From: a virus
IMG/VR virus record: IMGVR_UViG_3300016665_000824
Coordinates: 32,001 to 96,000 of that record
Reading direction: 5' to 3' (one strand)
DNA: 64,000 nucleotides
Shown piece by piece: positions 11,301-18,468 of this stretch (the first letter of the stretch is position 1; every line of letters starts with the position of its first letter). The notes under the pieces are model-generated. The model ran no database searches. It saw only the letters and a program-made list of their open reading frames with translations, and had not been told where the DNA came from. Made by a program: the position numbers and the translations under genes.

Positions 11301-13780
11301 AATAGGTATTCTGGAACCTGCCCAAAGATCTGGAAGAATGGCCCCGCGAGACTTTTTAGGGTCGCAATCACGTTCTTGAATACGTCAAACAGTATTCCTG
11401 CGAGACTCCCTACTTGAGCAGCGATCGCGTCTTTATTCTTTGAGAAATACTGGTAAAACCCGTCAAGTTCCGCTACTAAAGGTGCGAGGAATTTCTCCCC
11501 AGCGAGTCTGCCGATCTCATCAACTAGCTCTTGAATATTGCTAACAATCCCACCCACGGACTGAGCAGCTAGCTTGTTTCCAGACTTAAATGCTTCTAAT
11601 CGACCTAAAAGCTCTTTGACGAAGGTTCCTTGAGACTTCCACTTAGCCACCATCTCATTGTTGAGGTTAAGCGATTTGGCAAGAGCTGAGTTTTGGTCAA
11701 TAGTTCCCGAAGTTATACTAACAACCTCTTGACGGGCTTGATATAAAGGTATGCCAAGCGTTCCGAGTGCGGCGGCGAACGAGGTTGTAATATTAGCAGC
11801 GTCATTCAAGGACGCGCCAATGTTGCTTGCCTGCCCAGCAACGATCTGAAAAACCCCGACAAGATCTTTACTGGTTACGCCGACCAGCTCTAACGAGTCT
11901 TTACGAATTTTATCGATCGCCCCTTCAACCGCAGGGCCAACCGCCTTGATCGCTTGAGTTGGATCTGATACGCGATCGCCATTAACTACGATTCTATTGG
12001 TTGCCGCTAAGCTCGCCTGAGTAGAGAGTAGTTGCTCTTGGAGCCTGATGTTTTGCCCAATCAACAGATCGAAAGGGCCGTTTTGTACAAATCCTTGGAG
12101 TGCCTGCAATCCCAATCCCAAGAAAGCAAGTCTCTGAGATACTTCAAAGATCGCGTTGGTTGCCTTGCCAGCACCTTCGCTAATTAGATTGAATACTTCT
12201 AGTGGTTCCGTCGCCCCCGCCACTGGAGCAACCACTGCGGCGGCAATATCTACAGGTTCTTGCAGCTTCGGGGCTATCTCTTGAGTCTTTTGAAACCCCT
12301 TAACGATAACATCATCAACACTATCGATGACAGTACCGACTTCGGCAAGGATTGTTGATCTCAGTCCATCAACAAAATTCTTACCTGCGATCGCGCCAGT
12401 ATCTTTTAAAAGCGAACTAAATGTTCCGCCAAAAAACTCGTCAATCTTGGTTGCAAGTTTTTGCAGTGAGCCATCCCCGCTTCCGATAGAATCAATCGCC
12501 GCGCCCAACCCTCCGTCAATAGCATCGACAGCTTTTAGGGCTAAATTCCTGAGAGGCGCAAGGATGCTAGTATCTTCTACGCTAAACAAGCTATTGAGAG
12601 CCTGTCCAACGCCTCCCTTTTGAGTCTCTATTAAAGGGCGGAGGATGGCAAAAGCGGATCTTAAATCCTCTGGAATTGCTTTTTCTAGTCCATTAAATAA
12701 CTGTCCAGACAACGCATTTCCAAAATCTTGCAACTCATTAGAGGCAACAATCGACCCCAAATTTGCCACCCCGATCTTGTTGGCAATCAGTTTTGCTAGT
12801 GGTGGTAGTGGCAACTTATCTACAAGCTGAGGGATTCGCCCCGCTAGGCGGTTGATCAGCTCAGATACAGAGCCGCCTAACTGTTCGTCAAGAATTTTAA
12901 ATTGATCGGTCGCCTCAGATCTGCTGCCGACGATTGCCCTGCCGACCGATCCTCCTAAAGCGCTAGATAAGCGCCCTACAACTCTTTGTCCGTCCTCAAC
13001 GTTTGGCGCGATTGCGTTAACGGCAAAAGCTTTAGCAGCACCCGATACCGACCCACCAGCCAACTGCTTCGACACTTCCGACAGCAATCCAGTTTTTGCC
13101 GCAGTCCGAAATGAGTTGGCGACAATTGAGGTTAAATCCGCCCCGAAAGCTTGGTTAACAATACCTTTTAAAGCGTCGGGGAGTCCTCCCCCAACAACGC
13201 CCGAAATGAGTGAGTCGGCGATCGCGTTATCTAGCGTTCCAGTAAAAGCCTCAACTCCCACTCCAAGCTTGCGCTGAATTTCTTGATTTAGCTTTGAAGC
13301 CCTAACATTTGCTTCTAACGCTTTACCGAAACTGTTTGCAGAATCGCTAAGTATCTGCGTAATTCTCTTGCCGTTATCCGAAAATATTGCAGACTGAGCT
13401 TGCTCTGCCGACTGCTTAGATAAGAATCCTCCTCCGACATCTTTTCCTGCAGAGGTAATCCCCTTGATTACCTTTGAGAGCGGAGCTAGTTTTGAAACTG
13501 CACTGTCGGCGACATTCGAGATCTGTTCTAAAAATATTTTGCCCGACTGCGTATCTAGTACATCTCGAACCGACTGAATTGCGTCTCTCAGCCCTCCAAA
13601 CGTGCCAATCGCGGTTGCCCCTACCGTGCTGATCGTTCCGCCAAGGGCTTGTACAGATCCCTTTGTTACGTCCGCAACAACACCAACACTTTTTAGACCA
13701 GCAGCTATCTCCGAAACTTGTTTGCTTGCTTGATCTTTCGCCTGTATTAAGATCTCAACAATATTGGTTTGCGGAGCCAT
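5345..13780 (-). CDS. Giant virion protein, tape-measure-like (tail length tape measure or ejection/internal virion protein)
   Basis: Uninterrupted 2811-aa ORF; Gly/Ala/Ser-rich hydrophobic N-terminal third, long E/K/Q/A/L-rich coiled-coil centre, internal tandem repeats, position between head and tail-fiber genes. Confidence 0.6.
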   Translation of the reverse strand: MAPQTNIVEILIQAKDQASKQVSEIAAGLKSVGVVADVTKGSVQALGGTISTVGATAIGTFGGLRDAIQSVRDVLDTQSGKIFLEQISNVADSAVSKLAPLSKVIKGITSAGKDVGGGFLSKQSAEQAQSAIFSDNGKRITQILSDSANSFGKALEANVRASKLNQEIQRKLGVGVEAFTGTLDNAIADSLISGVVGGGLPDALKGIVNQAFGADLTSIVANSFRTAAKTGLLSEVSKQLAGGSVSGAAKAFAVNAIAPNVEDGQRVVGRLSSALGGSVGRAIVGSRSEATDQFKILDEQLGGSVSELINRLAGRIPQLVDKLPLPPLAKLIANKIGVANLGSIVASNELQDFGNALSGQLFNGLEKAIPEDLRSAFAILRPLIETQKGGVGQALNSLFSVEDTSILAPLRNLALKAVDAIDGGLGAAIDSIGSGDGSLQKLATKIDEFFGGTFSSLLKDTGAIAGKNFVDGLRSTILAEVGTVIDSVDDVIVKGFQKTQEIAPKLQEPVDIAAAVVAPVAGATEPLEVFNLISEGAGKATNAIFEVSQRLAFLGLGLQALQGFVQNGPFDLLIGQNIRLQEQLLSTQASLAATNRIVVNGDRVSDPTQAIKAVGPAVEGAIDKIRKDSLELVGVTSKDLVGVFQIVAGQASNIGASLNDAANITTSFAAALGTLGIPLYQARQEVVSITSGTIDQNSALAKSLNLNNEMVAKWKSQGTFVKELLGRLEAFKSGNKLAAQSVGGIVSNIQELVDEIGRLAGEKFLAPLVAELDGFYQYFSKNKDAIAAQVGSLAGILFDVFKNVIATLKSLAGPFFQIFGQVPEYLFKSLAGAVKAFSDAMSLTLAVVQPAINVFEQIAGVVGPLGGIWIGISVGAKVLSGAIGALNKGFSLMFNLVPGLGEVLFLLDKRTNGVVNTFANLSSVVGRGSAGFLLLAENLNKIPGAAGLVQKELGKVLGAFSPFAGVITAALPTLGGFGVKLIGLTQAFPALGTALQGFTKAAPIALTAFSGIVGKSQLFGSFSPLIADAAKSLGKFADVATNTEKVNSIFSNSLKAAGAAARSFAVSTALLGAGTFVGFVFFDQLILKNKGLQKIIQDVTAAIRKFADTVGSVLAPVIKVVADTILPFFTFGENSNPFQKVVGGLLIAIAVTKLFGGTISNVFKTINTGISGAGASIGETFGRIKKLNDSVREILGGKPVQSTTLNPTQVVAAKREVSGLKQQAIVSQKDSTDLSLTPEARAAALKSYQETTDRIKSLRSQIIANPIPVPFTKQFAEDIGAIATKTKTSLKSLGDSIGSFISDIKGRFSQDSSQKTGIFANLPAQIENTKASIRNAFANINIPASLVNLRNGVEKAFSQINVPTSLANARLGLDKFFRELNIPASLANSRIAIDKFVNQVKSISLPDLSLKNLGAGLKTGFQDALSGVKDFGSRAKSSFADFTQNANVSVGGLYSNLKKGAVGATSFISENVKGISKSFAALAAEIGPTLLLSAAFAAITTLVGYVDQETKAATANVDKLNDALKDSDARVAILNKSQGKDAASELANLTSEREKYVASIQDKSILQDDPTLKLYDQQLAKLKELRGLQSKPTNSEDALREKVKKERDNIGTRVTEGFALTGDAAREGLRTVTFGASDKLGLGDRAGNLEEKAVQIRLQDNKNVLNQSASRRVDLGIGLSAQKKLQEDLIKLEQEKSKAEALSDKDGAARFDIQIENKKKEIAERNNNIEAIINQVQAVEGLDAERDRELEALRKLQESYKSVNLQIQAIDLPRIGNAIEQATSKYNAALDALNKSAGDPALFKAKLGELLETANALQDAGILRADEVAGAFQKVATNVSADRDLQIKAQEAITAAYKKEADRRIAIYDAQLSQIQALLATGRISESESIALSGQLEEKKIQAQSEADQKALRARQQILETNANEQKQQIKRDRELAEAQLAAATGDPSKIRQVREAQAPVLQGKIDDTSQQIKDAEARKKALQESISTGVAGDNAAEDVKKVTDELAVLQSRLNSLQSQKGTLDSTLKLSEDTQGQLEGITKQIEDGEKALSSLKAGNAETLQRFNTVKDAPFFNSSEYTAQIKAEQDAIAKKESELRTLQTKRDQLSSIAKPDAERQNLAKNSIADANKKELDLVKATAAQKARLEEDADNKRKDAEAKIAKARSERFVKGLDAQIKETLAAEKVGETQRLAQIAQLRKSGIKLESEIKLQETAERKRSITLELQLEQQKQKAIADLEKKGVGVSKETKNANLIKVAELSKQLAEAELAAIEGLVSAVRDRLVLESQKYAVTIEQQNLKLERQKLLFTALEKGLENQSRLSESANKLAQSTVALRESEFAALNKIYDRQQAAIRAAGGQGNFADLELEEKKLILAEKLAVLKLNSLKQQQKFEAESLEREIQKRDLLLERKKVENEIAIAKKKVDIASQDAAIKAAELEVKLRPQSEEAKLKLAQAKLGQEKNFLELGGLQQEKGFIADEAKVNEIVNKNDRQALANKQQGETNTAIGDVIGATRDPALQERLQREQLARLTQNTGTAALTTTDVSNAVAAASQPVNVRGASFKNPTSALLGQVEQGGVFTAAPEPKPDNAPFATSFEELAKKYPDKGMAGSFEELNKKYPAQANSFEELNAKYGGKPTEEAKPEQAIASSFDKLTQQIDEGFSKVLVAPDLKVKDLTAGLEAEFNRVSKQISENPVTLKIDDKAFEEAQKKLDKPIALLDEGQLQRAEALAQAFGSLGGKDLVPQQQGNPTGAALGTSGNITVNAPIAINTQSNISSAAGVGNDVQKAVNDTLNNVLRRVAGVTSGVR
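5872..6000 (-). repeat. Three imperfect tandem ~42-48-bp repeats near the 3' end of the giant ORF
   Basis: Encodes SFEELAKKYP / SFEELNKKYP / SFEELNAKYG. Confidence 0.65.
9581..9820 (-). repeat. Four tandem 60-bp (20-aa) repeats inside the giant ORF
   Basis: Encodes NIPASLVNLRNGVEKAFSQI / NVPTSLANARLGLDKFFREL / NIPASLANSRIAIDKFVNQV / NLPAQIENTKASIRNAFANI. Confidence 0.7.
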
Positions 13781-13823
13781 AAGAATAACCGAGAGAGAGT
13801 CTTCTCAGTTATTCTTGTGGGGT

Positions 13824-14171
13824 TTACTTTTGCTTTAGCTTTTCTGGCTCATATCGCGACACCAAGGCGATAAGCAGATCTTGAGACGGCTTTATTTCTG
13901 AGTCAGCCCATTCTTTGAAATACTTGTGATATCTAGAACAGCTAGCCTCGGCTTTAGCGGTTTGCTCTAGGGCTAGCTGCTTCGTGGGGTCGCTATCAGG
14001 GAGGGTCTTTAACCCCTCCTCTTTTCCTAGCAGACTATACGAAGTCGAGCAATACCTGTAATCTTCGGCGATCGCTGTCGCTGCCGACTTGGACTGAAAA
14101 GACCTTACAGCGCCAACTGAAAGCAACGCTAGCACGACTACCGCCCCTAATGTGATTGGATTAAGCTTCAT
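13824..14171 (-). CDS. Small protein with N-terminal signal/anchor sequence
   Basis: Likely start at MKLNPITLGAVVVLALLSVGAVRS (ATG 14171) rather than track start 14288, which overlaps upstream gene; two Cys. Confidence 0.4.
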   Translation of the reverse strand: MKLNPITLGAVVVLALLSVGAVRSFQSKSAATAIAEDYRYCSTSYSLLGKEEGLKTLPDSDPTKQLALEQTAKAEASCSRYHKYFKEWADSEIKPSQDLLIALVSRYEPEKLKQK

Positions 14172-14220
14172 TGATTTTTGTGATTTCTTCACGAAGATTA
14201 TAGCGCGATCGCCTCGCAAT

Positions 14221-16428
14221 TTATCCCTTACCGTTACTGGGTTTTGAGGTTGGCTTATAGACATCATAGAGAGAGCCAATCTTCCCATTCTTCTTAGAGG
14301 CGTATAAAATCATAGGATCTTGACCCTCCATAGGGGCGAAGCCAGCCTTTTCGTAAATACTCTTACGCTTACTGCCAGCCCCATCTTTGTCATAAGCCCC
14401 AGCCGTAAGAATAGAGTTGTCGGGCATAGCCTCAATATGCTTGGCAAACGAAGCCTTTGTCATGCGAATAATTTGTTTTGCTCCAGAAGCCCCAAGGTTG
14501 GCGGACTCCTCCTTGTTATTGGATTCGTTTATGGCGAAAGAAACCTCGTAGACACTTCCTCCAGAAGCTTCTTTTTTGTACACAGTCGTAAAGGTGTACA
14601 AGGCTGGTCCAACAGAAGCTACAGTATAAACCCCACCATTCTTTCTATCCCTGTAAGTGAAGCTGTTCGATTCTTTGTCTACGTCAATAAGATCCCGACC
14701 CTTAATAGACTGAGTTTTTCTTGCCAAGGCGAGCTTGGTCATTCCGATAAGACCTTTTGCTTTGTCTTTAAGGGCTGGGCTTAAATCAGATCTATCCAAA
14801 GCCCGATCCGCCACTTTCCCCAAGGCTAAACTCTGCTTGTAGGTCATAATCAGTGCAACATCTGAAATCTTGTAATCTTTTGTCGCTTGAATATTGCCAA
14901 TACCGACGACTCCAGCTACCACTGAACCTACGCTACCTGCGACGATCGCTGCCTTGCGAGCGCCTTTGTTAGAAAGTAGTCCGATAGCCTTGTCTACTGG
15001 TGTCTCCTTTTTTTGTAGGGGCGGCTGAGGTATAGAGAATTCCGTTTTTGGTTGTTGTGACTCGCTTGGATTACCCCCTTTTGTTGACTTGCCTCGGTTT
15101 GCAGCGATCGCCGCCGCACCACCAACTAAGGCAGCAGCACCTAAACCAGTACCAACATTTCGGGCTAAATTATTCTCGCTTTTTTTCTCGCCGATCTTTT
15201 GACAGGCGTTTCCACGCTGGACATAGCCTTCCTTGCATTTGAGCGTTCTACCCTTGTCGTAGCGCAAAGATACCGACATACGCCCCTCAAGATAAGACGA
15301 ATCATTCTGTAGATCGGCATCAGTCCGCCTTGTAGTTGCACTTTGATAGATGTTGCTAAATAGGTAAAGAACTTCGATATCCTCGTCATCCTCAACCGAG
15401 TCTCCCCTCTTCTCATTTATCTGGGATATCTTCTCGTTTGTTTTAGCCTCTACGTTTTCTCTAAAGTCCTTGAGTCCACCCCTCTTTGTTGCGAGGGTGA
15501 GAGCAGTGCCAAGAAGAATGGTGTCTCGCTCAGCTCTTCTTAGAACCTTCTGAAAAGGAGATAAGGTAGATTCATTCTTACCACCCGAAATCGACTTGGA
15601 CACATATTCTCCCGCAATGCGTTGAATTTCAGGATCTTTAGACCACTCGGAAGCTACGGATGAGCCATATTTCAAGGCTGCGCTACGAGCTTTTGGATTG
15701 GTCAGCACCTCTTTTGCGATAACCATAGAGGCTTTTTTCTTTGCTTCAACTAAGTTTGTTTCGTTACTAAATTCAGGAGCGACAAAAGTTCCGACAGCGC
15801 TGGCTACTTCTGGCTTTTCCGCAAGAATACTCAAAATTGCGGTAGCTTTATCTCTGTAAGCAGGATTGTTTAAATCCTTGATGCGCCTTTTAATCAATAC
15901 TTGAGATAAATTGTCTCCCTCACTTTTGATTTCACCTTTCTTCTCTTTTGACAAAAGGTTTGCCACTACAGAGACAGTCTTGTTCACCGCCACCGAAGCC
16001 GCCTTTTTCGTTGCGCCCAATATAATCTGATTCTTTTTCTGAGAGATCGCAGCCCCAGTTACCGCAACAACGGTACTGGCTCCAGCCGCCAAATACCTCT
16101 TCGCCAGAGGAAGTCCTTTCTCCCCTTTTTTGGAGGCAGTAGAACTCGAAAGAAGGGCAACAGGGGCGGGATCTACGGCTCTGTTTTCTTGCGGAGATCT
16201 TCTCGATGCGATCGCCGCCACACCGCCGACTAAAGCCGCAGCCCCTAGCCCTGCGCTAATATTTCGAGCTAAATCACCCCCAGCCTTCTTCTCGCCAATC
16301 TTCTGGCAAGCAGCCCCGCGCTGTACATAACCTTGCTTACACTTAATCTTCTTCCCCGCATCTTGACGTAGAGCGACAGACACCTGCCCCTCAAGATAAG
16401 CTAAGTCACTGGCTAAATCTCTCGTCAT
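14221..16428 (-). CDS. Cys-motif/hydrophobic-helix protein with duplicated anchor module and GNAT-like C-terminus
   Basis: 735 aa; two copies of CK[QE]GYVQRGxAC followed by GLGAAALVGG-type hydrophobic segment; C-terminal GASGAK...IYEKAGF resembles GNAT acetyltransferase motifs. Confidence 0.6.
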   Translation of the reverse strand: MTRDLASDLAYLEGQVSVALRQDAGKKIKCKQGYVQRGAACQKIGEKKAGGDLARNISAGLGAAALVGGVAAIASRRSPQENRAVDPAPVALLSSSTASKKGEKGLPLAKRYLAAGASTVVAVTGAAISQKKNQIILGATKKAASVAVNKTVSVVANLLSKEKKGEIKSEGDNLSQVLIKRRIKDLNNPAYRDKATAILSILAEKPEVASAVGTFVAPEFSNETNLVEAKKKASMVIAKEVLTNPKARSAALKYGSSVASEWSKDPEIQRIAGEYVSKSISGGKNESTLSPFQKVLRRAERDTILLGTALTLATKRGGLKDFRENVEAKTNEKISQINEKRGDSVEDDEDIEVLYLFSNIYQSATTRRTDADLQNDSSYLEGRMSVSLRYDKGRTLKCKEGYVQRGNACQKIGEKKSENNLARNVGTGLGAAALVGGAAAIAANRGKSTKGGNPSESQQPKTEFSIPQPPLQKKETPVDKAIGLLSNKGARKAAIVAGSVGSVVAGVVGIGNIQATKDYKISDVALIMTYKQSLALGKVADRALDRSDLSPALKDKAKGLIGMTKLALARKTQSIKGRDLIDVDKESNSFTYRDRKNGGVYTVASVGPALYTFTTVYKKEASGGSVYEVSFAINESNNKEESANLGASGAKQIIRMTKASFAKHIEAMPDNSILTAGAYDKDGAGSKRKSIYEKAGFAPMEGQDPMILYASKKNGKIGSLYDVYKPTSKPSNGKG

Positions 16429-16763
16429 TTCTTGCTCCGCTTTTTAATCATCTTGCTAATAGCTTCAGCTCCATTAGCCACTTTAGACTCAACCTTGCCC
16501 GTAGCTCGACCCGTGTTAAAGATTGCCTTACCAGTATTAAAATCCTCTTTCAATCCTGTTTTACCTTTATCGGCAAGTTTGGCGATCGCCACAGCAGTCA
16601 GTCCCGCGATCACGCCACGACCAACTGCGCCAGCAACACTCTTAATCGCTGTTTTAAGTTTGCCTTTACCACAAGTAGCGCCTTGAGGGATGCAGTAGGT
16701 TTTACCATCTTCTCCTTGGCAGGGTTTGCCGCGATCGCACGTTGTGTCTAGTCTAATCTTCAT
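16425..16763 (-). CDS. Small Cys-knot/hydrophobic-helix protein
   Basis: 112 aa; CDRGKPCQGEDGKTYCIPQGATCG then Gly/Ala-rich hydrophobic helix; 4-nt overlap with neighbours. Confidence 0.55.
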   Translation of the reverse strand: MKIRLDTTCDRGKPCQGEDGKTYCIPQGATCGKGKLKTAIKSVAGAVGRGVIAGLTAVAIAKLADKGKTGLKEDFNTGKAIFNTGRATGKVESKVANGAEAISKMIKKRSKK

Positions 16764-18468
16764 ACTTATTTTTCACCGCTTTTTCCACCGCAAGTCTGGC
16801 TGCAATACCAATCGCGATCTTAACTATGGGATGAGAACCTTCTGCGTAAGAAGGAGAGGCTTTTTGTAACGCTGCAAATGAAGCTTTCGTGCCTACATAT
16901 TGCGTTGCCGCGTCAGAAAACATCAATAGCGCAGTTTTTTCTGTCTGACCTAACGAGGAGTCGGACAACGTTCTCTCTGTCGCATCACGAGCAACTTTAC
17001 CTCCAAAGGCTCCAACCAAACTAGAACCAATCTCATATCCAAGCATCTTGAGTTTGTCTTTTTCTTGCCTCCCAATCGATTTTAAGGTGACAAAATCGCC
17101 CACTTGCTGGACAAAGTTCTTTTTCGCTTGCGGAGTTTGAATCATGGCTTGGAGGCTTCTGCCTGCGCTTGAATTGCGGAGTTTTCCAATAGAGCGGGTT
17201 AAGCGATCTCCTAGTCCGCCCCTTCCTTTTACTGTGGATAGAATAGCCTCCCCGACCTGCATCCCGTCCCTAGCCTTCTGCCTTAAGTCGTGTTGCTTCC
17301 CCTTAGGGGCATTAGCGATTAGGGCTAGCGTAGTCGCCGAGGCTGCTGCTACCCCTATTGTTGCCAAGGTTCTTGAGGAAATAAAAGGTTTTCTCTTTTC
17401 TGACCCGCAGGTTGCGTTTTTTGGGATACAGTAAGTCTGACCGTCCTCGCCCTTGCACGGCTTTCCGCGATCGCAGGTAGAATCTATTCTATTTTGAATA
17501 GATCTTGTTTTTTTGTAGATGTATCCGCTAGTCCTCCCCGTCTTAGATCTCAAAAAAGAATCTGTTTCTGTACTGATTTTGCGTGCAAACCCCTGATAAT
17601 CCTGAAAACGATCGGTCACAGTTCTGGGTTGCTTGTCCTGCCATTTTTCTGTTAATTGCCTGTTTAGATTGGCGTGAACGTCAGCCAACTCTTTAGCTAG
17701 TGAGCTACTAGGAGAAAATGCCCCCTCTCTTTTAGCCTGTAATACAGAGGTGGTTTCCGCTCCAGTCGCACGAATTTCTTTGATGTTACTAAAAAACGCT
17801 CCTACTTTTAAGTCGGCGGGACTAAAGGCTGACGTATCTCCAACCCCAGCAATATCTGGGTGATTGTGAGTCATCAGTACTGTGTTTTTTGCGGCTTTTT
17901 GATTATACGCATCGGTTATTCCAAGAGAGACCGAGCCTATCTGCCCTTTTCTGATCAGTGAAGGCTTGCCATCCACGTCAAAAGCAAAAAGAGTCTCGAA
18001 ATCATTATGCTGGATCTTTCTTTCTGCCGCGTAAACACTAATTGCAAGTTCTTTGGGGAGGTGGCTATATGCAGGAGCATCTCTTGCGGGAATGCCATTC
18101 TTGGCTACGTCTTCTCGTTCTTTCGCAAACTCCTTATAGGTTTCAACATCATCAAGCTTCTCTCTTATAACCTTATTGGCAATCATGGCTCCCACCCCCA
18201 GCGCTAAAAACTTAGCCGCCGCCTGAGGATCTTTAGAAGCTAATGCGGCTCCTGCCGCTAGTACAGTCAGTTTTGCAAGAGTTCCAGTTCCATCGCCCTT
18301 ACTAGCTGTGGATAGGGAACCAGTTCTAGATATCGGATGACAGGCGGAGCCTCTTTGGACATAACCTTGCCGACAATTGATTTTTTTGTACTCATCCCGC
18401 CTCTCCACATATCGCGATCGCGACAGTAGATACCCCATTTCGTACTCGTTCTTGTTATCTAGTCTCAC
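16753..18468 (-). CDS. Cys-motif/hydrophobic-helix protein with JAB/MPN-like (JAMM) signature
   Basis: 571 aa; N-terminal CRQGYVQRGSAC plus hydrophobic segment; central THNHP...SPAD (aa 200-219) resembles RadC/JAB HxH...SxxD; C-terminal CDRGKPCKGEDGQTYCIPKNATCG plus hydrophobic segment. Confidence 0.55.
   Translation of the reverse strand: MRLDNKNEYEMGYLLSRSRYVERRDEYKKINCRQGYVQRGSACHPISRTGSLSTASKGDGTGTLAKLTVLAAGAALASKDPQAAAKFLALGVGAMIANKVIREKLDDVETYKEFAKEREDVAKNGIPARDAPAYSHLPKELAISVYAAERKIQHNDFETLFAFDVDGKPSLIRKGQIGSVSLGITDAYNQKAAKNTVLMTHNHPDIAGVGDTSAFSPADLKVGAFFSNIKEIRATGAETTSVLQAKREGAFSPSSSLAKELADVHANLNRQLTEKWQDKQPRTVTDRFQDYQGFARKISTETDSFLRSKTGRTSGYIYKKTRSIQNRIDSTCDRGKPCKGEDGQTYCIPKNATCGSEKRKPFISSRTLATIGVAAASATTLALIANAPKGKQHDLRQKARDGMQVGEAILSTVKGRGGLGDRLTRSIGKLRNSSAGRSLQAMIQTPQAKKNFVQQVGDFVTLKSIGRQEKDKLKMLGYEIGSSLVGAFGGKVARDATERTLSDSSLGQTEKTALLMFSDAATQYVGTKASFAALQKASPSYAEGSHPIVKIAIGIAARLAVEKAVKNKYED

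Noticed and set aside
5380-13000. Numerous 60-100-aa plus-strand and alternative-frame ORFs inside the giant minus-strand ORF
   Set aside because: Antisense or out-of-frame to a continuous 2811-aa ORF, with low-complexity translations; similar overlapped ORFs elsewhere were treated the same way
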